Source: Candidatus Dojkabacteria bacterium UBA4813 (GTDB lineage: Bacteria > Patescibacteriota > Dojkabacteria > SC72). From it: DNA of 43,322 bases. The position numbers were made by a program, and so were the translations under genes. Of the stretch, positions 33,746-42,352 are shown in pieces; position 1 is the first letter of the stretch; each line of letters begins with the position of its first letter. The stretch covers positions 1 to 43,322 of the forward strand of contig DHFX01000015.1 of NCBI GenBank assembly GCA_002402455.1, in the 5' to 3' direction. The notes under the pieces were generated by a model. The model was not told the DNA's origin and searched no databases. It was given only the letters and a program-made list of their open reading frames with translations.

Positions 33746-34975
33746 ATGCTTCTCCTTTTCTTTATGTTCCTACTTCTAAGTTCTCCTGTTAGTGCAGATG
33801 GTTTTGACCAAATATATAATAGTAGTTTTAACAGATACAAGCAGACAATGGGAATAAGTTATTCATACCTTCCGGTATCTAAGAATCCTTCCGAACTTGG
33901 AATGTCTTACGACACCTCGCTGGTAGAGGGTGTTGCTACGGAGAATGTTTGGGGCAATTATACATTAGAGTATTTGACGGAAAATGATTATTGGCAGAGA
34001 AAAAGTAAACTTTTGTCCGAGGTTAGCGGACCTCCGGGGATGCAGATAGATCTTCTCTATTATTACCTAAATGATACAGGTCATAACATAGAGGTAAGCA
34101 GTATCCTTCTGCCTTTTAGCAGGGGAGATTCTTCATTGGGTAATTGGATGAATATTGCTATGGGTATTACAGGAGTCTCTTACAGAGATATCCCCATTTC
34201 TTGGGAACAGTTAGTTTTATCTAGAAAAGGCCTTATGAAAGGATATGTAGGACCGGGTCAAATGGAAAACGGAGTAGGGGGTTCTTTCATAATAGATAGT
34301 TTTGTTATAAAGGACCCTATTAATATAGAAAAGATTGAAGTTTTTGCCGAAGGACAAGAGATAAAAGGAAAAATTATTCTGAGAAATTTTAAAAATGTGG
34401 ATTTGGAAAATATTAATGTTACCCACGGAAGTTTTAGTTCTACCTATACAATTCCGGCAATGGATACCATAGAGATAGAGTATTCTTTGGAAAGTGATGA
34501 GTGGGAAGATATATTAACAATATCTAATCCCAATTTTGCTAAAGAGTGCATTTTGTATGGCAATTCTCTGTCAGATTGGACTACAACAGACGCAATTACT
34601 TCTCTGGCTTTTCGCGAAGATGGCGGTTGGGTAAACGGCTCCTATTTAAAACCCGAAGGGGAGGATTTCTGTATTACCCAGATTCCTTATTCTGTAAACA
34701 TTCCTCTTAGAAAACCACAAATTGAAGAAGATGATGAAGATATAGATGAAGTAGAAGAGGGAGACGATGAGCCTGTTAGTCCAACAGATTCTCCTGATTC
34801 TAATTTAGACGATCTTGCTCAAGAAGATCCTGATGAAGAAGGGGAAGTTTTGGGTGTTCAGGTAAGTCCTAATGAAGAACATATTAGTAATGAAGGTAGT
34901 AGCAATGATTCTATTGTAGATAATATTAAAGATGATAACTTTGTATTACCTAAAACAGCCGTGGTAATATATTAG
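33746..34975 (+). CDS. Secreted hypothetical protein with an acidic C-terminal region and a vestigial LPKTA motif
   Basis: The signal peptide ends ..SSPVSA. A D/E-rich tract (IEEDDEDIDEVEEGDDE...) is followed by LPKTAVVIY-stop with no hydrophobic anchor. Confidence 0.75.
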   Translation: MLLLFFMFLLLSSPVSADGFDQIYNSSFNRYKQTMGISYSYLPVSKNPSELGMSYDTSLVEGVATENVWGNYTLEYLTENDYWQRKSKLLSEVSGPPGMQIDLLYYYLNDTGHNIEVSSILLPFSRGDSSLGNWMNIAMGITGVSYRDIPISWEQLVLSRKGLMKGYVGPGQMENGVGGSFIIDSFVIKDPINIEKIEVFAEGQEIKGKIILRNFKNVDLENINVTHGSFSSTYTIPAMDTIEIEYSLESDEWEDILTISNPNFAKECILYGNSLSDWTTTDAITSLAFREDGGWVNGSYLKPEGEDFCITQIPYSVNIPLRKPQIEEDDEDIDEVEEGDDEPVSPTDSPDSNLDDLAQEDPDEEGEVLGVQVSPNEEHISNEGSSNDSIVDNIKDDNFVLPKTAVVIY

Positions 34976-34976
34976 A

Positions 34977-36401
34977 ATGAAAGTAGAAATGGTAATACCC
35001 GAGTATGTACAAAAGGTAGGGAGAATCCTTACAAAAGAAGGCTATGAAGCATACATTGTCGGTGGTGCATTAAGGGATATTGTTTTGGGTAAAACACCAC
35101 ATGATTATGACCTAGCAACTAATGCCTTGCCTGATGAAATGTTAAATATGTTTCCTAAGGCAGTCTCTACCGGTGCTAAATTTGGAACTGTCATAGCTCT
35201 AATCCAAGATAAACATGGAGAAACACATGAAGTAGAGGTCACAACCTTTAGAAGTGAATCTGACTATGTAGACGGAAGATGGCCTAGTAATGTTAGTTTC
35301 GTAGAAGATATTGACAAAGATTTAGGAAGAAGAGATTTCACTTTTAATGCAATGGCTCTGGATCTTTCGCAACTCAAACTAGATGGAAGGGAGGAGTCTT
35401 TCCAAGTAGAGATATATGATCCCTATGGGGGTATTGAGGATATTAAAAAGAAAGTTATTAGAGCCGTTGGAACACCTCTTGAAAGATTTAAGGAAGACGG
35501 TCTGCGTGCATTTAAGGCTTGTAGAATGGCTGCTCAATTAGATTTTGACATTGAAGAAGAGACATTTCAGGCAATAAAGGAATCTATACCTGTTGCGGAA
35601 CAAGTTTCTATGGAAAGAATAAGAGATGAATTTATGAAAATGCTTCTTAATTCTCCTAAACCATCCGTAGGAATAGAGCTAATGAGAAAATCTGGCCTTA
35701 TTAATCTTTTTATACCCGAATTACTAGAAGGAGTTGGTGTAGAGCAGAAATTATTCCATGCACATGATGTATATACTCATTCTCTTAAAACCTGTGACGT
35801 TGCCCACGACAGTATTAAATTAGCAGCCCTTCTACATGACATTGCTAAGCCCAGAACAGATATGGGGGATGGACATTTCTACGGACATGACAAAATGGGT
35901 GCAGATATGGCTGAAGAGATAATGAAGAGAATGAAATTTCCACAGTCTGAGATAAACAGAGTGAAAATTCTAATAGAAAACCACATGTTCTACTACCCCC
36001 ATGTTCAAGAAGATATGACAGATGAAGAAAGAGAGAATATTGAAAAACATCAATGGACAGATTCTGCAGTAAGGAGATTTATACAGAGAGTAGGGGAAGA
36101 GAATATAGATGACCTATTTAAACTTAGATTGGCAGACGCACAAGCCAACCCTGCTACTGCATTTAAACCGGAAGAGATAACAATTCTACAAAGAAGGATA
36201 TCTGAGGTTAGAAAGCAAGATATGGCTCTTAAAGTTACAGATTTAAAAGTCTCAGGAGAAGATTTAATGAATATCGGAATAGAAAAGGGACCTGAGATGG
36301 GAGTAATACTAAACGAACTTCTAGATATGGTGATAGAAGATCCTTCTCTAAATAGAAAGGATGTTCTCCTTAAAAAAGCTGCAGATCTAAAGAAAAGTTA
36401 G
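34977..36401 (+). CDS. cca: CCA-adding tRNA nucleotidyltransferase with an HD domain
   Basis: GGALRDIVLGK..HDYDLAT, RRDFTFNAMA and the HD-domain motif LLHDIAKP are present. Confidence 0.9.
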   Translation: MKVEMVIPEYVQKVGRILTKEGYEAYIVGGALRDIVLGKTPHDYDLATNALPDEMLNMFPKAVSTGAKFGTVIALIQDKHGETHEVEVTTFRSESDYVDGRWPSNVSFVEDIDKDLGRRDFTFNAMALDLSQLKLDGREESFQVEIYDPYGGIEDIKKKVIRAVGTPLERFKEDGLRAFKACRMAAQLDFDIEEETFQAIKESIPVAEQVSMERIRDEFMKMLLNSPKPSVGIELMRKSGLINLFIPELLEGVGVEQKLFHAHDVYTHSLKTCDVAHDSIKLAALLHDIAKPRTDMGDGHFYGHDKMGADMAEEIMKRMKFPQSEINRVKILIENHMFYYPHVQEDMTDEERENIEKHQWTDSAVRRFIQRVGEENIDDLFKLRLADAQANPATAFKPEEITILQRRISEVRKQDMALKVTDLKVSGEDLMNIGIEKGPEMGVILNELLDMVIEDPSLNRKDVLLKKAADLKKS

Positions 36402-36478
36402 TACACTTGTCATTTCTTCTCCCAATCCTTTATTATATATACAGAATTACATATAGATTATTTTAAAAGTACTGCCTA

Positions 36479-37891
36479 ATGAAAATACAATTCCTAGGTG
36501 CTGCTAAAACTGTTACCGGATCCTGCTTTTACGTAGAGATGTCTAACCTTAAATTTCTAGTAGACTGCGGAGCCTTCCAAGGACCCAGCGAAATTGAGGA
36601 AAGGAACTACGAGCCATTCCCGTTTAATCCTGCAGATATAGATATTGTATTCCTTACTCATGCCCACTTTGACCACTGTGGTAGATTGCCCTTACTTGTT
36701 AAGCAGGGTTTTAGGGGCAGAATAATTAGTACACAGCCAACGAGAGATTTAACAAAAATAATCCTTTTAGATTCGGCAGAACTGCAGAAAGAAGAGTACG
36801 AAAGATGGCTAGCAAGACCCAAGAATCAGCAAAATTTTGAAGAGGAGAAATTTAAAAAACCTCTCTATACTTCGGAAGACATAGAAGAGACAATGAGATT
36901 CTTTGAAGTCTATCCGTACGGTAATTCCGTAAATATTGCAAAGGGTTGTGAATTTCGTATGAGAGACGCGGGACACATACTTGGTTCTGCGATATTTGAA
37001 CTCTGGTTGGAAAACGAAGCAGGAAGAAAGAGAAAACTTGTCTTCTCCGGAGATTTAGGTCAACCGGGAGCAAGGATTGTTAAAGATCCCGACCTAATAA
37101 GAGAGGCTGATTATGTTATCTGCGAATCAACATACGGTAACAGACTGCATAAAAATAGAGATGAAACCGTATTAGAATTCCTTACAGCTGTTCAGGGTGC
37201 TCAGAAGGCAGGAGGGAATTTACTAATTCCGTCTTTTGCAATAGAAAGAACCCAAGAAATTCTTTACGAGTTAAACCTCTTTATAGAAAACAAAATAATT
37301 CCGAGCATCTCCGTATACCTAGACAGCCCGATGGCCTCAAAGGCAACCGAGGTTTTTAGGCAGTATCCTAATTTCTATGACGAGGATGCAAAAAGACTCC
37401 TTCAAAAAGGAGATGATCCTTTTAATTTCCCCGGACTTGTTAAAACAGATTCGGTAGATGACTCAAAGAGACTTGCGACTAAGAAGGGAGTAATAATAAT
37501 TGCAGGAAGTGGTATGAGTACAGGTGGGAGAATCCTACATCATCTTAAGAATAATATTGAAGATCCTACAACGCACATTGCTATTGTGGGTTATCAGGTC
37601 AAAGGAACTCTGGGACGAAGACTTGTGGAAAAGGAAAAAACAGTTAGAATATTTGGTGAAGAATACCAGAACAATGCAAAACTGTTTTCCTTAGGAGGCT
37701 TTTCCGGTCATGGAGACCAAAGAGATCTAAGATACTGGTTGAGAAGCTTTGGGCATACTCCTAAAAAGATTTTCTTAGTCCATGGTGACGAAGACATTAT
37801 TTACACTTTTAGAAATAATCTTCAGAATGAATTAAATGCAAATACGGAAATTTATGTTCCCGACCACAGAGAAGAGGTTAAACTTGATTAG
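36479..37891 (+). CDS. Metallo-beta-lactamase / beta-CASP family ribonuclease
   Basis: HAHFDHCG (HxHxDH), ESTYG, a beta-CASP insert and the C-terminal GFSGHGD...VHGD are present. Confidence 0.85.
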   Translation: MKIQFLGAAKTVTGSCFYVEMSNLKFLVDCGAFQGPSEIEERNYEPFPFNPADIDIVFLTHAHFDHCGRLPLLVKQGFRGRIISTQPTRDLTKIILLDSAELQKEEYERWLARPKNQQNFEEEKFKKPLYTSEDIEETMRFFEVYPYGNSVNIAKGCEFRMRDAGHILGSAIFELWLENEAGRKRKLVFSGDLGQPGARIVKDPDLIREADYVICESTYGNRLHKNRDETVLEFLTAVQGAQKAGGNLLIPSFAIERTQEILYELNLFIENKIIPSISVYLDSPMASKATEVFRQYPNFYDEDAKRLLQKGDDPFNFPGLVKTDSVDDSKRLATKKGVIIIAGSGMSTGGRILHHLKNNIEDPTTHIAIVGYQVKGTLGRRLVEKEKTVRIFGEEYQNNAKLFSLGGFSGHGDQRDLRYWLRSFGHTPKKIFLVHGDEDIIYTFRNNLQNELNANTEIYVPDHREEVKLD

Positions 37892-37923
37892 TTAGATTAG
37901 TTAACATTTTGTGTACACAAGAA

Positions 37924-38871
37924 ATGGATAAATATCCGGAAATAGAAAAAATATATAAAGACATAAAAGATTTGAACATTCAAGGAGCAACCAATGTCGC
38001 TATCGCGACCTTTGAAGGGATGAAGTTATATGGAGAGATAAGTTCAATCCAAGACAAGGAACTGTTTTACAAAGAGTTCTTTGAAGTAGCAAACAATCTC
38101 TCTCATGCAAGAGAGAATGAACCCCTAGCAACAAATGGGGTTAAGTATGTGAAATATTTTTTTAATAAAAAATTTTCTGTTTTACCAGAGTTAGCTACCA
38201 TGAAACGGGAGCTAGTATCTCTGACAGATGACTTCTTAGATATTATCGGACAATCTAAGAGAGACCTAATAGAAAAAAATAAAGAATTCTTTTCAAATTA
38301 CAACAAAATTTTTACTCATTGCCACTCTTCTACAGTCGTATCATTAATTAAATCAATCAGGGAGGGTAAGGAGAATTTCGAAGTAGTCTGTACAGAGACT
38401 AGACCTAGATTCCAGGGACGAATAACAGCTAAAAGCCTCCTTGAAGCGAGAATTAAAACAACTTTAATTGCAGATAGTTCTGCAGAGTCTTTTATAATAA
38501 ACAGAGGTAGTGTTCCAGTAGAAATAGGTTTTATAGGTTGTGATGAAATGACACAATTAGGTCATGTTATTAATAAAATTGGAAGCTGGGGTATCGCAAT
38601 GGCTTTTCACTATGCAGATAAGCCTTTCTATGTTGTTACCCCGTTTCTTAAACTGGATGTGGAATCCCATCATAACAATATAGAGATCGAGGTCAGAGAG
38701 AGTAAAGAACTTTGGGAAGATGCTCCCAAAGGTTTACATATGTACAACCCCGCGTTTGAGGTTGTAGATAGTGGACTAATAACCGGTTATGTTACCGAAC
38801 TGGGTATACTTAAACCCACGGATATTAAAAAAGCAGCACAAGAAAATTATCCTTGGCTATTTTCTAGTTAA
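37924..38871 (+). CDS. eIF-2B alpha/beta/delta-like protein, probable ribose-1,5-bisphosphate isomerase
   Basis: Family motifs are IQGATNVAIA, FTHCHSSTV, TETRPRFQGR, GCDE and NKIGSW. It is adjacent to an AMP phosphorylase. The track ORF starts at a TTG at 37909; the ATG at 37924 is preferred. Confidence 0.7.
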   Translation: MDKYPEIEKIYKDIKDLNIQGATNVAIATFEGMKLYGEISSIQDKELFYKEFFEVANNLSHARENEPLATNGVKYVKYFFNKKFSVLPELATMKRELVSLTDDFLDIIGQSKRDLIEKNKEFFSNYNKIFTHCHSSTVVSLIKSIREGKENFEVVCTETRPRFQGRITAKSLLEARIKTTLIADSSAESFIINRGSVPVEIGFIGCDEMTQLGHVINKIGSWGIAMAFHYADKPFYVVTPFLKLDVESHHNNIEIEVRESKELWEDAPKGLHMYNPAFEVVDSGLITGYVTELGILKPTDIKKAAQENYPWLFSS

Positions 38872-38890
38872 ATTTTTCTACACAACAATT

Positions 38891-40405
38891 ATGGCTTTCT
38901 ATTTAAGAAGTAAAAATCTAGATTTAGGTGAAGATGATGAGCTTAATATTGTGCTAAATACTAAGGATGCTGAGAGACTAGGTGTTAGGGAAGGAGAGAT
39001 TGCTCTTATCGGTATAGGGGAAGTTGAACTTCATGCAAATGTTATGGAGACAGATTCCAAGGTTGCGGAGGGGGAGATAGGGTTGTTTGAAGAGATATGG
39101 AAAGATTACAGAGTGGACAGTGGAGCCTCCATATTTATAGATATTCCTCATCCCAGTAAATCTTTGGAAGCGATAAGTAAAAAGTTATTAGGACACAATC
39201 TTAAGGAGGAAGACCTTAAGCTTATTATGAATGATATAGGTTCACGCAAATTGAGGGAGACAGAAATAGCTTTCTTTGTATCTACATTCTTTAATCCGGG
39301 CTTTAATGACGATGAAATCTACTGGATGACAAAAGGTATGGCACAGTCCGGAGATATTCTTAATTTTAAAGATATTAACGGCAATGGCCATCTGGTTGCA
39401 GACAAACATTCTATTGGTGGTGTAGCAGGTAAAGCAATAACTCCGACCTTGGTTCCGATATTAGTAGCCGGAGGACTAATAGTTCCTAATACATCTACAA
39501 GAGCAATTACGTCTCCTGCAGGGACTTCGGATATTCTGGAAGTTGTTATGCCAATAGCCCTTTCTAAGGAGAAAGTGATGGAGGTGGTAAAGAAGACGGG
39601 AGGTTGTATGATATGGGGAGGTTCTTTGGACATCTCTCCTGCAGATGATGTCATTATTAATGTCGAGAGATCTCTGCGTATACAGGAATTTCAGAAGATT
39701 CTGGTAAGTATTGCTGCAAAAAAGATTTCTATGGGGATTACACATATCCTTATAGACTTACCATACGGTAAGGGTTCTAAGATAGAAAGACCGGATGATG
39801 TTCAAATGCTAGATAGAGAATTTAAGAAACTATTTAAAAAATTCAACATCTATTGTGAAACGATTAAGAGGCCAATAAACGGTCCAGATGGTAGAAGCAT
39901 AGGTCCTAACATGGAGATAAGAGAAGCTCTTAGAATTCTTGAAAGAGACAAAGAGTACTGTCCCGAAATAGAGGGTGTCGTGATAGAGATGGCCACTAAA
40001 CTTTTTGAAGGAACTAAGACTGTAAGAAGAGGGGAGGGGAAGAAATTTGCACGACAGATCTTGGATTCCGGAAAGGCCCTAGATAAATTTTGGGAGATTG
40101 CTTTTGCTCAGGGGGCTACCAAGAGGATTAAATCTACGGATATAAAGATAGCACATCTGCAGTACGATCTTTTATCCGACAGAGATGGCACAGTTAAGAC
40201 TTTAAATAACCAAGAGCTTATTCGTATAGCGAAAGCTTTGGGCAATCCTAAAATTAAAGAGGCTGGAATACAGATGCATAAGGTCCCAGGGGATAAAGTC
40301 TTAAGAGGAGAACCTCTCATAACCCTCTATGCGACTACAGAGTCAAGAATGGGAGGGGCAAAGGAATTGCTTGATATAGACAGATTATACACTTTCAAAC
40401 AATAA
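38891..40405 (+). CDS. AMP phosphorylase (thymidine-phosphorylase family with an archaeal-type N-terminal extension)
   Basis: The N-domain of about 85 aa (LRSKNLDLG..IVLNTKDAERLGVREGE) precedes a TP-family core (DKHSIGGVAGK, TSRAITSPAGTSD, GGSLDISPADD). The track ORF start at 38789 overlaps the upstream gene by 83 nt. The ATG at 38891 is in frame and gives 504 aa. Confidence 0.75.
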   Translation: MAFYLRSKNLDLGEDDELNIVLNTKDAERLGVREGEIALIGIGEVELHANVMETDSKVAEGEIGLFEEIWKDYRVDSGASIFIDIPHPSKSLEAISKKLLGHNLKEEDLKLIMNDIGSRKLRETEIAFFVSTFFNPGFNDDEIYWMTKGMAQSGDILNFKDINGNGHLVADKHSIGGVAGKAITPTLVPILVAGGLIVPNTSTRAITSPAGTSDILEVVMPIALSKEKVMEVVKKTGGCMIWGGSLDISPADDVIINVERSLRIQEFQKILVSIAAKKISMGITHILIDLPYGKGSKIERPDDVQMLDREFKKLFKKFNIYCETIKRPINGPDGRSIGPNMEIREALRILERDKEYCPEIEGVVIEMATKLFEGTKTVRRGEGKKFARQILDSGKALDKFWEIAFAQGATKRIKSTDIKIAHLQYDLLSDRDGTVKTLNNQELIRIAKALGNPKIKEAGIQMHKVPGDKVLRGEPLITLYATTESRMGGAKELLDIDRLYTFKQ

Positions 40406-40427
40406 CTAAAATATTAGGTGCTAGATT

Positions 40428-42323
40428 TTAAATGGGGATTGTAGCATTTCCTCTTTCTCTGTTTTTCCCTCTTTTCTTTCTTTTTTGCTTTTTTATTAAC
40501 GATGAAACGAGGGAAATTACAGCTATTAGGGCAATCAGGATTAGGAAAACAGGCAGGGTAATAAGTATAGCTTTTCCTAAAGTAGTTGTTTTCAACACGG
40601 TTCCAACAAGGGAACTGATATTCGGATCTTGAGACTCCCTAATCTCTCCGGAAGGAGTGTAATCGGAATAGATTTTCAAACTTTCCAAATCTATTTTATC
40701 TGCCATTCCATATATATTAACTACAAAACCTTCTGTTGTTAGGTCAACAATATCATTAGCAGAGTAAATCTTTATGTTTGATAAGGAGTCATTATTAAAA
40801 ACCTCCCATAGGATTCTATCTACCATTTGACCAATCTTAATATTCTCGCTTTCAAAAGTAGGATCTACAGAAAGCCAACCGTAATCAGGAACCCATATCT
40901 GTACCCATTGATGTCTTACCTGATTATCCGGTGCAATCTCCCTTAGATTCGCGTAACCTAGTGCTGCTCTTGAGGGAATACCCTGTGCTCTTAGAAGAGA
41001 AATCATTACATCCGCATACTCCATACATACTGAAGGTCCACCTAGAAGTGCTGCTTTTGCACCAATTCTTGTGTTTTCGGAAGTGGTTTTATTTTGGTCA
41101 TACTCCAACTTGTCGTTAATATATTTGTAATCTGTTTTTATGACATCAAGAAGAGTTCCGTGGTCTTTAATTAAAGTTTCTGCCTCCTGCTTTATATATT
41201 CATCATTAGTCTCCCAATATTTAGTTGCAGAAAGATACCTTCCAATATAGTCACTATCTTTAATCTTATTAAAGTACTCCTCAAGAGGCATGTCAAAAGT
41301 TTTAGATTGCTCTTCGATACTGTCTTGCTCAACAGAGATATATCCTATCACCTCAATCTTGCTTTCCTTGTTGGCCGGAACTTCAAAAAGAGCCAAGATA
41401 TTACCTTCCTCATCTTTATATATATCCTTGGGAGTAGGAGAAATACTTTCGAGATAGACCCTTTGGTTTGTTTCTTCAAATTCTCTTGGTAAAGATATTT
41501 CATAGACATTTGTTGACAGAGCATTAAAGAAACTTGAATATTTCTCAGGCACGAAATTATCTGTTTGAGGGGTAGTATACTGCAGAGTAAATTTGTAAAG
41601 AACGGAAGTTCCAAATTCCAAGGAAGGGGAATTTTCTATTCTATCTGTCTGGTTAAATTTAAAATACTGTTTCCCGTTCTCTTCTGTTTTTGCGTATTTA
41701 GGGTAAGCCTTAGAAAGAGGAGGGATATTTTCGTCAACAGCTATTGTAAAGTTGTAATTGAAAACAGTTAAGGTCCCGGTTTCTTCATCGCTACTTTCAA
41801 ATACTGTGTCCTTTGGGAGAGACGGTCCGATTATATTAACGAAATCTCCAATTTTAAGAATATAATCATGAGTTTTGTACTCAAGGATTATATGGTACGG
41901 AGAGCTAGATGTGGTTGTTTTGTAGTTTGGTACTGTAATGTATATCCCTTCTCCTATCTCATTTTCTTCTATGGAATAGTCGATATCTTTTCCTCTGGAA
42001 TCCTTAACGGTTAAGCTTTCTAATTTATATTTTCTCTCAGCCCTAATTTCATCTTCCGAAGTGTCTGGAATGTCCGGAATGTGAAAGATCTTCTCTCCTG
42101 TTGCAGGAAAGTAGTATTCACTATTCTTAACATTTCTTATGTAATCTGTGGTTACGGTAGCGAAATTATCTCCGGTTGAATAATTAACTACTGTGTTTGT
42201 GTCAATAATAAAATCCTCTTCTTGGGCGTTAACAGTAGATGTTAAAGAGAAAAAAGAGGAGAGCAATATTACAAAAAAGAATATATTTTTTAGTCTTTTT
42301 TCCATATACATAATATATATCAT
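40428..42323 (-). CDS. Transglutaminase-like surface protein with an N-terminal signal and C-terminal TM anchor
   Basis: The transglutaminase core has Cys in GGPSVCMEYADV, His in HQWVQIW and Asp in LSVDPT. The C-terminal TM (AILITLPVFLILIALIAVISLV) is followed by a KKQKRKKRGK tail. The likely true start is the MEKRLKN Met at 42305. Confidence 0.8.
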   Translation of the reverse strand: MIYIMYMEKRLKNIFFFVILLSSFFSLTSTVNAQEEDFIIDTNTVVNYSTGDNFATVTTDYIRNVKNSEYYFPATGEKIFHIPDIPDTSEDEIRAERKYKLESLTVKDSRGKDIDYSIEENEIGEGIYITVPNYKTTTSSSPYHIILEYKTHDYILKIGDFVNIIGPSLPKDTVFESSDEETGTLTVFNYNFTIAVDENIPPLSKAYPKYAKTEENGKQYFKFNQTDRIENSPSLEFGTSVLYKFTLQYTTPQTDNFVPEKYSSFFNALSTNVYEISLPREFEETNQRVYLESISPTPKDIYKDEEGNILALFEVPANKESKIEVIGYISVEQDSIEEQSKTFDMPLEEYFNKIKDSDYIGRYLSATKYWETNDEYIKQEAETLIKDHGTLLDVIKTDYKYINDKLEYDQNKTTSENTRIGAKAALLGGPSVCMEYADVMISLLRAQGIPSRAALGYANLREIAPDNQVRHQWVQIWVPDYGWLSVDPTFESENIKIGQMVDRILWEVFNNDSLSNIKIYSANDIVDLTTEGFVVNIYGMADKIDLESLKIYSDYTPSGEIRESQDPNISSLVGTVLKTTTLGKAILITLPVFLILIALIAVISLVSSLIKKQKRKKRGKNRERGNATIPI

Positions 42324-42352
42324 ATCACTGATAATTATTATATAATCCCCCT

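Noticed and set aside
38789-38890. The long N-terminal extension of the AMP phosphorylase ORF, starting at 38789.
   Set aside because: It would overlap the upstream gene by 83 nt, and its sequence (MLPNWVYLNPRILKK...) is not family-like. The in-frame ATG at 38891 gives the expected N-terminal domain.
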